A stretch of 64,000 bases of DNA from a phage, in the sequence record PQ400055.1; one strand, given 5' to 3'. The first letter of the stretch is position 1; every line of letters begins with the position of its first letter. The position numbers were made by a program, and so were the translations under genes. Shown piece after piece: positions 13,363 through 22,805 of this stretch. The notes beneath the pieces are model-generated. The model had not been told where the DNA came from. It saw nothing but the letters and a program-made list of their open reading frames with translations, and did not search any database.

Positions 13363-14949
13363 ATGAAAACTACCAAAGAACTGATGGAAAAATGGTCCCC
13401 GCTGCTGGAGAACGAAAAACTGCCGGAAATCGCAACTGCGTCTAAGCAGAAACTGGTTGCTAAAATTCTGGAATCTCAGGAAGCGGATTTTGCTGTAGAC
13501 CCGATCTATAAGGATGAAAAAGTTGTTGAAGCATTTGGTGGCTTTATCACCGAAGCAGAAGTTGCTGGCGACCACGGTTACGATGCATCCAAAATCGCCG
13601 CAGGTCAGACCACTGGTGCAATCACTAACGTAGGTCCGGCTGTTATCGGTATGGTTCGCCGTGCTATCCCTAACCTGATCGCATTTGATATTTGTGGTGT
13701 TCAGCCGATGAGCACTCCGACTAGCCAGATCTTTGCAATCCGTTCTGTATACGGTGGCGATCCGCTGAAATCCGGTGCTCGCGAAGCATTCCATCCGATG
13801 TATGCACCTGATGCGTTCCATAGCTCTCTTGCTGCTAAAGAGGCAACTGTAGGTTCACCAACTGGTACTGCATTCGCTAAACTAACTCTTTCCCAGGCTA
13901 TCGCTGCTGGTGATATCGTATATCACACCTTCGCAGAAACTGGTATTGCTTATCTGCAAAACGTAACTGGTGATTCTGTAACACCACAGAAAGTAGGTAG
14001 CGAATCCGAAGATGAAGTAGTAATGAAGCTGATTGAAGAAGGTAAATTGGCTGAAATCGCTTTCGGTATGGCTACTTCCATTGCCGAAATTCAGGAAGGC
14101 TTTAACGGTTCCAGCAATAACCCGTGGGCTGAAATGTCAATGCGTATTGACAAACAGGTTGTTGAAGCGAAATCTCGCCAACTGAAAGCCCGTTACTCTA
14201 TCGAAGTTGCGCAGGATCTGCGTGCTGTACACGGTATGGATGCTGACGCTGAACTGAATGCTATCCTGGCTAACGAAGTTCTGCTGGAAATCAACCGTGA
14301 AATCGTTGACGTGATCAACTTTACCGCTCAGGTTGGTAAGACTGGTATGACTCAGACCGTTGGTTCTAAAGCTGGTGTATTTGACCTGCAAGACCCGATC
14401 GATACTCGCGGTGCTCGTTGGGCTGGTGAATCCTTCAAATCTCTGATCTACCAGATCGACAAAGAAGCTGCTGAAATCGCTCGTCAGACTGGTCGCGGTG
14501 CTGGTAACTTTGTTATCGCTTCCCGTAACGTTGTAAACATTCTGGCTTCTGCTGATCAGGGTATCAGTCTTGCTATGCAGGGTGCTGCAAAAGGTCTGAA
14601 TACCGACACCACTAAAGCTGTTTTCGCTGGTGTTCTGGCTGGTAAGTACAAAGTGTTCATCGACCAGTATGCTCGTCAAGACTACTTCACCGTAGGTTAC
14701 AAAGGCGACAACGAAATGGATGCTGGTATCTACTATGCTCCGTATGTTGCTCTGACTCCGCTGCGTGCAACTGACCCGCAGTCTTTCCACCCGGTTCTGG
14801 GCTTCAAGACTCGCTATGGCATCGGTATTAACCCGTTTGCAGACAGCAAATCCCAGGCACCGTCCGCTCGCATCACCTCCGGTATGTTGAGCAAAGACAG
14901 CGTAGGTAAAAACGCATACTTCCGTCGTGTATGGGTTAAAGGTTGCTAA
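13363..14949 (+). CDS. 23: major capsid protein gp23
   Basis: 528 aa; N-terminal propeptide-like region and overall match to T4 gp23 from memory; codon usage typical of a highly expressed gene. Confidence 0.92.
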   Translation: MKTTKELMEKWSPLLENEKLPEIATASKQKLVAKILESQEADFAVDPIYKDEKVVEAFGGFITEAEVAGDHGYDASKIAAGQTTGAITNVGPAVIGMVRRAIPNLIAFDICGVQPMSTPTSQIFAIRSVYGGDPLKSGAREAFHPMYAPDAFHSSLAAKEATVGSPTGTAFAKLTLSQAIAAGDIVYHTFAETGIAYLQNVTGDSVTPQKVGSESEDEVVMKLIEEGKLAEIAFGMATSIAEIQEGFNGSSNNPWAEMSMRIDKQVVEAKSRQLKARYSIEVAQDLRAVHGMDADAELNAILANEVLLEINREIVDVINFTAQVGKTGMTQTVGSKAGVFDLQDPIDTRGARWAGESFKSLIYQIDKEAAEIARQTGRGAGNFVIASRNVVNILASADQGISLAMQGAAKGLNTDTTKAVFAGVLAGKYKVFIDQYARQDYFTVGYKGDNEMDAGIYYAPYVALTPLRATDPQSFHPVLGFKTRYGIGINPFADSKSQAPSARITSGMLSKDSVGKNAYFRRVWVKGC

Positions 14950-14973
14950 TATAAGCCATTCCTGAAAACTCCT

Positions 14974-14992
14974 GTCGGGTGCAATGCCCGAC
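14974..14992 (+). terminator. hairpin after gp23
   Basis: GTCGGGTGCAATGCCCGAC stem-loop. Confidence 0.45.
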
Positions 14993-15030
14993 TTATCATA
15001 AACCTTATGACAGTGTAAAGTGTTAATTCC

Positions 15031-15063
15031 AAAGGGAAGACTCGAAAGGGTCTTCCCTTTTTG
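15031..15063 (+). terminator. strong rho-independent terminator after gp23
   Basis: AAGGGAAGACTCGAAAGGGTCTTCCCTT followed by TTTTT. Confidence 0.8.
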
Positions 15064-15078
15064 CGTATCATACCCAGT

Positions 15079-15086
15079 TATAAATA
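15079..15086 (+). promoter_or_regulatory. late promoter motif TATAAATA
   Basis: Exact TATAAATA immediately downstream of the gp23 terminator. Confidence 0.5.
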
Positions 15087-15351
15087 AGGTTGCAAGCCTA
15101 TATTCTATTGGGAGCGAAAATAGATACACACAACAAACAATTCCACCAATTTTCGTAGTAACTGCATGGCAAAGGGACCAATGAATGAAATGAGCGTTCA
15201 TGCTGATGTTGGGTCGGATAGATTTGATAGATATACAAGATCTGGTGTATGACGGACCTTGTTATGGCATTCCAGCGTGACGCTAGCGGTAATTTTTGGT
15301 TTTGGTACGCTGTTCCCGAATTAACCCAAAATTCTCCATAAGGAGGAATGC

Positions 15352-15504
15352 ATGAGTAAGAAAGAAAACAGCTATGTTATGACTCGTAAGGAATACAACG
15401 AATTGATGTTAGCATTAGCTTATGCAATTATTCGTTCTGATCATGCAATTAATCTGGTAAACAAAGTTAACCGTAGCGTTGATAATGTTTCTAGGAAGAA
15501 GTAA
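15352..15504 (+). CDS. small hypothetical protein (50 aa)
   Basis: ATG preceded by AGGAGG with 5-nt spacer; MSKKENSYVMTRKEYNELMLALAYAIIRSDHAINLVNKVNRSVDNVSRKK. Below six-frame track cutoff. Confidence 0.45.
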   Translation: MSKKENSYVMTRKEYNELMLALAYAIIRSDHAINLVNKVNRSVDNVSRKK

Positions 15505-15543
15505 GTTTATTTTTGGAATCCTTTGGATTCCTTTTTCTTTTTG

Positions 15544-15551
15544 TATAAATA
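15544..15551 (+). promoter_or_regulatory. late promoter motif TATAAATA upstream of gp24
   Basis: Exact TATAAATA 38 nt upstream of proposed gp24 ATG. Confidence 0.55.
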
Positions 15552-15588
15552 TGATATATCCATTAAGGCAAATACAGGATTCATAAAC

Positions 15589-16830
15589 ATGACTCATATT
15601 TTTACTGAACTGTTGCGGGAATCTACTTCCTCAGTAGCTAACCAGACAGCGCGACCGCAACTATTATCATTAACTCGCGCGGTAAACAACCTGATTTTCT
15701 CTGATCTGGTAGCAATCCAGCCAACGGATCAACCAGTATCTGCATTGTACGGCCTACGTTATCTTAATCGTGATGGTCAGATGACTTTCCGAACTGCTGC
15801 GACCTACGGTGGCGCGGCTGGTGATCGCACAGAGATTGAAGAGTTTTCAAAAGAAAAATCTTATGACGAAGGCGCACTATTCAAATCAGGCGATGTTGTA
15901 TACGAAGTTGTGACCGCTGGTACAGTCGGTGAAGATGCCGAAACTCCAGAAGCTGCAATCTTTAAAGGCGTAATGACAAACAAAATTCGTTTCTACAGCG
16001 ATTGTGCATCGGTAGAATACTTTGAAGATAAAAACACCGAAATTTCGTCTACCTCTATGCAGTTTGATAAATGGCAGGTTAATGTAGGTTCTCGTAAACT
16101 GAAAACCTCATTCACGACCGAATTGATGCAGGATCTTGAGGCAAGCCAAATCAACTCTGAAAACTCTGTAATTGATCTTCTGGCTACTGTTGCTTCCGAA
16201 GAGATCAACAAAGATATTATTCAGAAGTTGATCACTGTATCATCTCGCTATAAAATTAAAGGGATCACCCCTGATGGCGTACTTTCTCTCGTTAGCGTTC
16301 AGGATGCACCAACACAAGCGCGTGAACTTTACCGCTACGCGTGCGAAATGAGCAATCAAATGTTGCGTACTTCCTCCTTTGCTGGTACATACGTTTTGGC
16401 TTCTTCTCGCGTGGTTGGCCTCCTGCAATCTACCGGGTGGATGGAAGAAACCGACAATGCTCTAAGCGAAGGTCGTCTACGTTGCGGTCTGGAAGTGTAC
16501 GCAGACACGACAACACCTTTCGATTATATGCTCGTTGGTTGTAAGCACATGATCGGTGATATGGAGAGTGTAGGTTCTCTGTTCTACTCCCCATATACAG
16601 AAGCCGACGGCGCTGGAGCGTATAAGAGCGTAATTGACCCTAATAGCTTCCAGCATCATGTAGCTATTATGAATCGTTATTCACTATCTGTCAACCCATA
16701 CACATCAAAAGTTGATCAGGAAGAACACCAGGTCATCAAGGGTGACGATTGGGGTAAAATGGCTGGACGTTCAGAAATGTCCTACATTTTAGGAATCGAA
16801 CTGCCACCGCTTGAGATTGACAACGCTTAA
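15589..16830 (+). CDS. 24: capsid vertex protein gp24
   Basis: Start placed at MTHIFTELLRES (T4 gp24 begins MAKINELLRES.., from memory); gp23-like fold motifs; six-frame ORF 15523..16830 is N-extended. Confidence 0.88.
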   Translation: MTHIFTELLRESTSSVANQTARPQLLSLTRAVNNLIFSDLVAIQPTDQPVSALYGLRYLNRDGQMTFRTAATYGGAAGDRTEIEEFSKEKSYDEGALFKSGDVVYEVVTAGTVGEDAETPEAAIFKGVMTNKIRFYSDCASVEYFEDKNTEISSTSMQFDKWQVNVGSRKLKTSFTTELMQDLEASQINSENSVIDLLATVASEEINKDIIQKLITVSSRYKIKGITPDGVLSLVSVQDAPTQARELYRYACEMSNQMLRTSSFAGTYVLASSRVVGLLQSTGWMEETDNALSEGRLRCGLEVYADTTTPFDYMLVGCKHMIGDMESVGSLFYSPYTEADGAGAYKSVIDPNSFQHHVAIMNRYSLSVNPYTSKVDQEEHQVIKGDDWGKMAGRSEMSYILGIELPPLEIDNA

Positions 16831-17418
16831 CTAAATATCTAACCAAGACAAGTCAGATCCGCCCAAGATTTTTTCGACGGCGGATCTATTTTCTTGATGA
16901 TATAAGTTAAAACATGGTATCCCATGTCTACGGGCAACATAAACAGCAATTCTAGTTCCTCCAGAAACGATTCCATTAACTTCTTTCGCCCAGAATATCA
17001 CACAATCTACAGGATCATCAAGTGTCTCACCTAAGACTTGAGCAACATTTCTCGAAAACAGATTTTGCATGTATAACGGTATAGAACGAGGATTATCATA
17101 AACGTGTTCTAATTCATCCATCGCCAGATTTTTTTGTTCTAAGGTTTGCCATGCAATCACATCATGACCGTTATGCTTGTGGTCATAAAACTTCCAATTT
17201 GGAATGAAAATTTTTCTATAATCTGGATCGTAATACTTCATGAAAGCATTGTCCATACCGTAAGCCCCTCCAGAATGCGCTACAACGCGATTTTCTGACA
17301 ATACCCTCCCAATGGTACTAGCCATTATCAAAATGTCGCTAGGCGCTTTTCTAGAGCCGATTAAAGCACATCTACGAAGTGGTTTTACTCCAAATAGATC
17401 TTGTAACTGGTCAAACAT
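16831..17418 (-). CDS. SLOG-fold protein, DprA/Smf-like (or LOG-like) Rossmann domain
   Basis: Motifs IGSRKAP and VVAHSGGAYGMDNAF resemble the DprA core (GTRKPS..VVSGLARGIDAAAH). 195 aa. Confidence 0.5.
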   Translation of the reverse strand: MFDQLQDLFGVKPLRRCALIGSRKAPSDILIMASTIGRVLSENRVVAHSGGAYGMDNAFMKYYDPDYRKIFIPNWKFYDHKHNGHDVIAWQTLEQKNLAMDELEHVYDNPRSIPLYMQNLFSRNVAQVLGETLDDPVDCVIFWAKEVNGIVSGGTRIAVYVARRHGIPCFNLYHQENRSAVEKILGGSDLSWLDI

Positions 17419-17559
17419 AATATTTCCTCCATAGAAAGCAATATCATACTACAAGTTAATAACAAATACAAGTATCCGCGTAGCGGAAGCGAGCACAGCG
17501 AGCATTAAAAACACTTCCAGTAATTGATTAATAAATGTTCGAAACAAATTTTTATTATT

Positions 17560-17745
17560 CTATAAGATAAGTCTTCGTTTTGATCATAATTTAAACATAC
17601 ATGTAAAACTACACAAAAGGATATCGCTTCGCGAACTCCTACGGAGTATAACATTTGTGTTACAATATGTAGTGATTAATAATTAACCAAAGATACATTT
17701 TCTATGTTCTAAAGATCTTTCTTCGTTTTGATCATAATTTAATCA
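17560..17745. repeat. two copies of a direct repeat (CTTCGTTTTGATCATAATTTAA) about 150 bp apart in a 410-bp noncoding region
   Basis: Identical 21-mers at about 17573 and about 17722, each followed by ..CATGTAAA..; no ORF. Confidence 0.5.
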
Positions 17746-17796
17746 AACAGTATTAATATTGTGCACATGTAAACTAAAATTATGTTAATAACAGAT

Positions 17797-17823
17797 ACAA
17801 AAAAGCCGCCCAGAAGGACGGCT
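17797..17823 (-). terminator. rho-independent terminator (minus strand)
   Basis: AGCCGCC..GGACGGCT hairpin with T-run on minus strand, just past the 3' end of gene 17832..18269. Confidence 0.6.
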
Positions 17824-17831
17824 AATGTTAA

Positions 17832-18269
17832 TTATTTGTTGATAACGATCTGATTTCGGCGAATGGTAACATTACTCTTAGAGATGATCAGATCATCCGG
17901 CACTACGTTAGTTTTGTATGGTTGGAATCGAACAAGCATCTGATTGCGTTTAGACCCTTCCTTAATCTTGATTTCCATCTGGATATTGTTGCCTACGTGA
18001 GCAACCGCAATTTCACCTTTATTCTCATAGACCCACTTGCTGGTAACGTCTCCAGCAAAAGCCTTAATAACTTGCAATGCTTCGTCGTATGCGGTAGAGC
18101 TGTGAACTTTCAGAAGGCCAGCCGTAGCAAGACGGGAGCAGGCGATCGCCGGAGATTGCCAAACATCAACATTAATTTGCTCAATCAGAGTAACACCGCC
18201 CTGATCAACTGCTTTGAATGCTTCGAACATTGCCTTTTTCATTGCTACGTGGTTTTTACGGAATTTCAT
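17832..18269 (-). CDS. hypothetical protein
   Basis: 145 aa ORF; no recognisable motif. Confidence 0.5.
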   Translation of the reverse strand: MKFRKNHVAMKKAMFEAFKAVDQGGVTLIEQINVDVWQSPAIACSRLATAGLLKVHSSTAYDEALQVIKAFAGDVTSKWVYENKGEIAVAHVGNNIQMEIKIKEGSKRNQMLVRFQPYKTNVVPDDLIISKSNVTIRRNQIVINK

Positions 18270-18315
18270 AATTAGTCACCTCTATTGATTAGTTATTCAG
18301 AATATTAATTACAAA

Positions 18316-18591
18316 TCAGGACATTGCCCGTTTGAATGCGTCCATTATAACAGTGTTATTTGGCTTGTCAACACGTTTTTGAACTTTATTTTTAAATTTT
18401 TTGTTGATGTGGTGTTTACGATAAACAACCTTTTCACGATTGGCGTAAGACTCTCGTGCATCTTTTACCATCAACCATGCCTTAGCCGCATCTTGTCCGC
18501 TGATCCCGCCAATCTTCTTAGCAATATCAACAAAATTAAGACCGTGGTCTTCGCGTAGCATGTAAACCATTAACGCTGTTTTCTTGTCCAT
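18316..18591 (-). CDS. hypothetical protein, possible HTH
   Basis: 91 aa; FVDIAKKIGGISGQDAAKAW resembles a helix-turn-helix. Confidence 0.45.
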   Translation of the reverse strand: MDKKTALMVYMLREDHGLNFVDIAKKIGGISGQDAAKAWLMVKDARESYANREKVVYRKHHINKKFKNKVQKRVDKPNNTVIMDAFKRAMS

Positions 18592-18788
18592 TACTTCGCC
18601 TCATTGACGATTAACAGGATAGTGATCAGTACCGGAAACTGGATCATGACAGTACCAAAAAACCGGATAAACGCATTTTCTGACTTCCACACATGACATG
18701 CGACTAGCTGATAGACCATTGTTGCAACCAAAGCCAGAAAATACATCTCGATTGGTGCTTCTTTGATCAATCGTACAATCTCATTCAT
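18591..18788 (-). CDS. small membrane protein
   Basis: 65 aa, two hydrophobic segments; start overlaps the downstream gene's end. Confidence 0.4.
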   Translation of the reverse strand: MNEIVRLIKEAPIEMYFLALVATMVYQLVACHVWKSENAFIRFFGTVMIQFPVLITILLIVNEAK

Positions 18789-18943
18789 ACTTCACCTCAT
18801 ACATTCATAAACACAACAACGAATAGGACAGTAACAGTTATTAAAGCCATTTTCAACCCCATATTCATAATATTTTCCTCATAAGGTAACGCCCTGTTGA
18901 TGTGTGCCATTATAAGCCACTAAATCACACTGTCAAGCACTAA

Positions 18944-18972
18944 AAACAAAAAAGCCACCCCGAAGGATGGCT
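18944..18972 (-). terminator. rho-independent terminator (minus strand) after hoc
   Basis: AGCCACCCCGAAGGATGGCT hairpin with T-run on minus strand. Confidence 0.55.
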
Positions 18973-18983
18973 GATAGATTTCA

Positions 18984-20198
18984 TTAAGCAGGATGCGTTT
19001 CACGAATGCGTAGAACTCGCTCTAACGTCTCTCGGTCCAGTTTATGTAACTTTTTGGACTGATACATGAAACCATTGCGAGATTCCATGCAAGTGCAATC
19101 ACTATATTTTTCTTCCGCTGCCGCGATTGTCTCCAGATCTTTGGCGTACTTGCTGGTTGAATAAACTTCTCGGTTACGCCACTCTAACCCAGCCTCATTG
19201 AATTTAACAATCTCGTCAAATACCCACCATCCAATGTAGATAAATGAAGTTTTGCGCCACGGGATCGGGTGTACGTAACGAAACATTTTAACAACTTCCA
19301 TTGAACATTTTCTACTTGTACTTGTTGCAACTTCTACTGTTTCATCTTCGATCTGTTGATATAGTTTAGCAACACACCAGAATTTGGCTGTGTCATCGTA
19401 AGTAGCACTCTCTTTGAACAGATGACCGTCTGGCATGATAGAAAATCCTTCCTGTGCTTCGCCGACCTCACTACCGATCAGAGTCGGTGGCATTTGCCCT
19501 TCGCGCTGCAAATACCAGTTATATTTGATCGTCAAATTAGGCATACCGCTAGAATCGCCTACAATGTTCTCTGACACAACATAATTAAGTGATATCTCAT
19601 TACCTAGTGCCACGGTCTTTGATTCCACCACATCCTGATCTACGTTCATTGTTGCCAGCATGATTTTAGTCGATGTGCTAGCGGCTGAATCTTCCGACTC
19701 ACCCCACACTTTTACAGTATACACGCCGTTTTTATCTGCTGTAAATTCTTGGATCGTAATATCCTTTTTTGTGTCTATAACTTCTTCGCCCTTACTCCAA
19801 CTATAATGTAGTTCATAGTTGTCTGATGGAGTCTTCCCACCCGAAAATTTTACTGTTGCATGTAATTCTACGTTTGTTTGTGATGATACGTAGAAATGCT
19901 GCGGTTCGGTGATATTTACGATTAATTCAGCTTCTTCCATGAGGAAAACTTCAGATTCTACTGATGTCATCGTATCGGTATCCTGTACCGTTACTTTATA
20001 GCTACCCGCATTTTCACTTGTTGCGTCTGCTACAGTTAGCGTAGCTGTGCTATTTTCATGCGGTTGGTCGTCTTTTGTCCATGTATATGTCAAATTGCTG
20101 GGTAATGGTTCGTCACCCGCTACAGTCGCCGTTAAGGTGAAACCATCTCCAGCAAGAAAACATCTTTTGTCAGATTTAATTGATACTGTGAAAGTCAT
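18984..20198 (-). CDS. hoc: Hoc, highly immunogenic outer capsid protein
   Basis: 404 aa; N-terminus MTFTVSIK (T4 Hoc MTFTVDIT); Ig-like repeats; C-terminal YVHPIPWR..IGWWVFDEI..ESRNGFMY matches T4 Hoc capsid-binding domain from memory. Confidence 0.88.
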   Translation of the reverse strand: MTFTVSIKSDKRCFLAGDGFTLTATVAGDEPLPSNLTYTWTKDDQPHENSTATLTVADATSENAGSYKVTVQDTDTMTSVESEVFLMEEAELIVNITEPQHFYVSSQTNVELHATVKFSGGKTPSDNYELHYSWSKGEEVIDTKKDITIQEFTADKNGVYTVKVWGESEDSAASTSTKIMLATMNVDQDVVESKTVALGNEISLNYVVSENIVGDSSGMPNLTIKYNWYLQREGQMPPTLIGSEVGEAQEGFSIMPDGHLFKESATYDDTAKFWCVAKLYQQIEDETVEVATSTSRKCSMEVVKMFRYVHPIPWRKTSFIYIGWWVFDEIVKFNEAGLEWRNREVYSTSKYAKDLETIAAAEEKYSDCTCMESRNGFMYQSKKLHKLDRETLERVLRIRETHPA

Positions 20199-20367
20199 AT
20201 AAAGCCACTCCCATAGAAAATCCGAATTTAATTAATTGAAATAGTTGATTGCCATCAACCAGATAACCATTGCGAGATTCCAATACATGAGTATTAGAAT
20301 AGTGATGCAACGAGGCCGAAATAGTATCGATCTCGTCTGGGTATTTGTTCTGTTTGATGTAATACAT
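20176..20367 (-). CDS. small ORF resembling a Hoc C-terminal module
   Basis: 63 aa; YYIKQNKYPDEID..LESRNGYLVDG resembles Hoc C-terminus (KDYPEVDVQESRNGYI in T4); shares 17-mer ACCATTGCGAGATTCCA with hoc 3' end. Confidence 0.4.
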   Translation of the reverse strand: MYYIKQNKYPDEIDTISASLHHYSNTHVLESRNGYLVDGNQLFQLIKFGFSMGVALYDFHSIN

Positions 20368-20463
20368 TGATTTTGTTAGACATGTAGTATCCTCTTTTTA
20401 ATTGCATAACGGAACTACAATTAAAATTATAACAAATATTTCACAACTTTTATCACCCAAAAA

Positions 20464-21189
20464 TTACTTGAGTGTGTGGAATTGGCTGTGTTTAGTCTCT
20501 CGCACCTTGACAGACCCATCGCGTTTGATATAATAGATCAGCGACTTGAGGGTGTCGTGTACATACGCGTGCGGGAAACGTTCTGGATACTTCTTCCAAT
20601 CTGGAGTATTAACGATCCAGTCGAAAATCCACCACGGACAGGAGTAGTAACCACGACCGCCACCGATCAAGCAAATGGTCGGACGGAAGCCGGTAAGATC
20701 GCAAAATGAATCAGTGTCATGTGCTGGGGAACGATGTTCTGCTTCGTCAGATAAAATGTTGGCTACCGGAGATTCCACTTTAACTTCCGGTGCTTCTTCA
20801 ACATCTGACTTAACTTCTTCGACCACTGGTTCAACTGCCGGAGATTCTTCTTTTGTTTCTTCAATGACGATCTCAGGTTCTTTCATTGCTTCAACCAGAG
20901 ACGGATCAACTTCGTCGAATACCACTTTATCATCTGCGGTGTCTGCTGCCAGAATAAGATCGTTAATACTGGTTCCTTCTGCCGGAGTTTCTTCTTCCAT
21001 TTCGGAAGCCAGTTTAGTTAATTCTGTTTCTACGAACTCGATCATGTTCTCTAGCGAGAGCGTCTTTTTGACCTTTATATCAAATTGTTTTGCGTAGTCC
21101 GCTAATTCTGTTTTAGCGGCTTTCTGTGATTCTTTGTCGTCGGACGCCGCAATAGCGCGGAGTTCTTCGAAATATTCTTTATCAAACAT
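20464..21189 (-). CDS. hypothetical protein, Inh-like by position
   Basis: 241 aa with acidic central region and Cys/Trp-rich C-terminus; sits between hoc and uvsW where T4 has inh/segE. Not recognised by sequence. Confidence 0.4.
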   Translation of the reverse strand: MFDKEYFEELRAIAASDDKESQKAAKTELADYAKQFDIKVKKTLSLENMIEFVETELTKLASEMEEETPAEGTSINDLILAADTADDKVVFDEVDPSLVEAMKEPEIVIEETKEESPAVEPVVEEVKSDVEEAPEVKVESPVANILSDEAEHRSPAHDTDSFCDLTGFRPTICLIGGGRGYYSCPWWIFDWIVNTPDWKKYPERFPHAYVHDTLKSLIYYIKRDGSVKVRETKHSQFHTLK

Positions 21190-21215
21190 GTTATTCTCCT
21201 GATTGGGGGTGTTTG

Positions 21216-21223
21216 TATAAATA
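21216..21223 (+). promoter_or_regulatory. late promoter motif TATAAATA upstream of uvsW
   Basis: Exact TATAAATA about 22 nt upstream of uvsW ATG. Confidence 0.5.
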
Positions 21224-21244
21224 TTTGTATACTGTATTTATTGA

Positions 21245-22762
21245 GTGAGGCTATTCGCTATGCAAGATATTAAAATTCACTTTCTGAACTACTCCCATGT
21301 TCAAATTGAATGTAGCGATTCAATTTTATTAGAAATGAGAGATTATTTTAGTTTTGAAGTCGAGGGAGCGCGGTTTCAAAAAAGATTTAAGTATGGTGGA
21401 TGGGATGGGCGTATTCGTCTTTTAGATTACAACGGAAAGCTGCCAATCGGCCTAACTAAAACCGTGGGAATCTTCGCTAAAAATATGGGCTATAGTGTAT
21501 GGGTAGATCCTCGCTTATTCGAAAAAGAACAAGTTACAGAAGAAGAAATTACAAAATGGTGTAATGACTTAGAATTATATTCCGGTGCTAACAGGATCAC
21601 CCCGCATTGGTATCAATCAAAGGCCGTCTTTGAAGGTATTCATCATAAACGCCGTATGTTAGTTTTGCCTACGTCCGCTGGTAAATCTGCGATTGCTTGT
21701 ATGTTGTCTCGTTGGTACTTAGAGAACTACGAAGGGAAAGTGTTGATCATCGTTCCTACCACGTCGCTAGTGCTGCAAATGCGTGATGACTTTGTTGATT
21801 ATCGCCAGTTTCCTTATGAAGCAATTCATACTATCATGAGCGGTACTAGTAAACACGTAGGTGATCGCCTGATCGTTGTTAGTACGTGGCAATCTGCATG
21901 TAAACAACCTCGTGAGTGGTTCCAACAATTCGGGATGGTTATTGTTGACGAATGTCATAAAGCCACTGCTAAAAACCTGCTAAACATCGTTACTGATATG
22001 GATCATTGCCAATTTAAGATCGGCATGACTGGTTCCCCTCGTGACGGGAAAGCTAACATGATGCAGTATGTCGGGCTTTTCGGTGATATTTCTAAGATCG
22101 TGAGTATTGACCGCCTGATGGAAGAAGGCCAGGTGACAAAACTGAAAATTAACTGTCTTTTCCTTCGTTATACCGATGAGGAATGTAGCGCGGTTAAGGG
22201 GCGAGAATATGCGGAAGAGATCAAGTATATTACGTCTAACCCACGACGAAATAAGTTTGCTTGTAATTTGGCGCTAAAACTCGCTAAGAAGGGCGAAAAC
22301 GTATTCCTGATGTTCCGCAATACTAAGCACGGAAAACTTATGTATGACGCGTTACAGAAGGTACACGACAAGGTTTATTATATTGACGGTGGAGTTAAGA
22401 CAGAAGAACGTGATGAATTTAAGAAAATGGCGGAGGGTGACACCGGGATCATTTGTGTTGCGTCTTATGGTGTGTTCTCTACTGGTGTTTCAATTAAGAA
22501 TTTGCACCATGTTATTTTCGGTCATCCAGTGAAGGAATCAACTATCGTTCGTCAGAGTATCGGTCGTGCATTGCGCAAACATGGTTCTAAGGATATTGCA
22601 ACGGTCTGGGATCTTATAGATCATCTGGCGGTGAAGACAAAGAGCAAGAATGCTAAGAAACAGTTTAGTCACCTTAATTATGCTCTTAAACATGCCCTTG
22701 AAAGAATAAAAATTTACAACACCGACCGATTTGAATATGTCACGAAAACCATCGAGATTTAA
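21245..22762 (+). CDS. uvsW: UvsW DNA/RNA helicase
   Basis: 505 aa; Walker A LPTSAGKS, DECH box, strong match to T4 UvsW from memory. Confidence 0.92.
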   Translation: MRLFAMQDIKIHFLNYSHVQIECSDSILLEMRDYFSFEVEGARFQKRFKYGGWDGRIRLLDYNGKLPIGLTKTVGIFAKNMGYSVWVDPRLFEKEQVTEEEITKWCNDLELYSGANRITPHWYQSKAVFEGIHHKRRMLVLPTSAGKSAIACMLSRWYLENYEGKVLIIVPTTSLVLQMRDDFVDYRQFPYEAIHTIMSGTSKHVGDRLIVVSTWQSACKQPREWFQQFGMVIVDECHKATAKNLLNIVTDMDHCQFKIGMTGSPRDGKANMMQYVGLFGDISKIVSIDRLMEEGQVTKLKINCLFLRYTDEECSAVKGREYAEEIKYITSNPRRNKFACNLALKLAKKGENVFLMFRNTKHGKLMYDALQKVHDKVYYIDGGVKTEERDEFKKMAEGDTGIICVASYGVFSTGVSIKNLHHVIFGHPVKESTIVRQSIGRALRKHGSKDIATVWDLIDHLAVKTKSKNAKKQFSHLNYALKHALERIKIYNTDRFEYVTKTIEI

Positions 22763-22767
22763 TAAAT

Positions 22768-22785
22768 AGGGGCTTTAATGCCCCT
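22768..22785 (+). terminator. hairpin after uvsW (weak)
   Basis: AGGGGCTTTAATGCCCCT followed by TTATT. Confidence 0.35.
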
Positions 22786-22805
22786 TTATTCTACGGAGAT
22801 TAAAA

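Noticed and set aside
14137-15201. 354-aa minus-strand ORF overlapping gp23
   Set aside because: Antisense to the highly conserved major capsid gene, with low-complexity translation; treated as a shadow ORF.
17419-17831. tRNA or small structured RNA in the long intergenic region
   Set aside because: No convincing acceptor/T-arm pairing was found by eye; only direct repeats. Not called without a covariance-model scan.
20199-20463. Late promoter upstream of hoc
   Set aside because: No TATAAATA-type motif found on the minus strand in this interval; not annotated.
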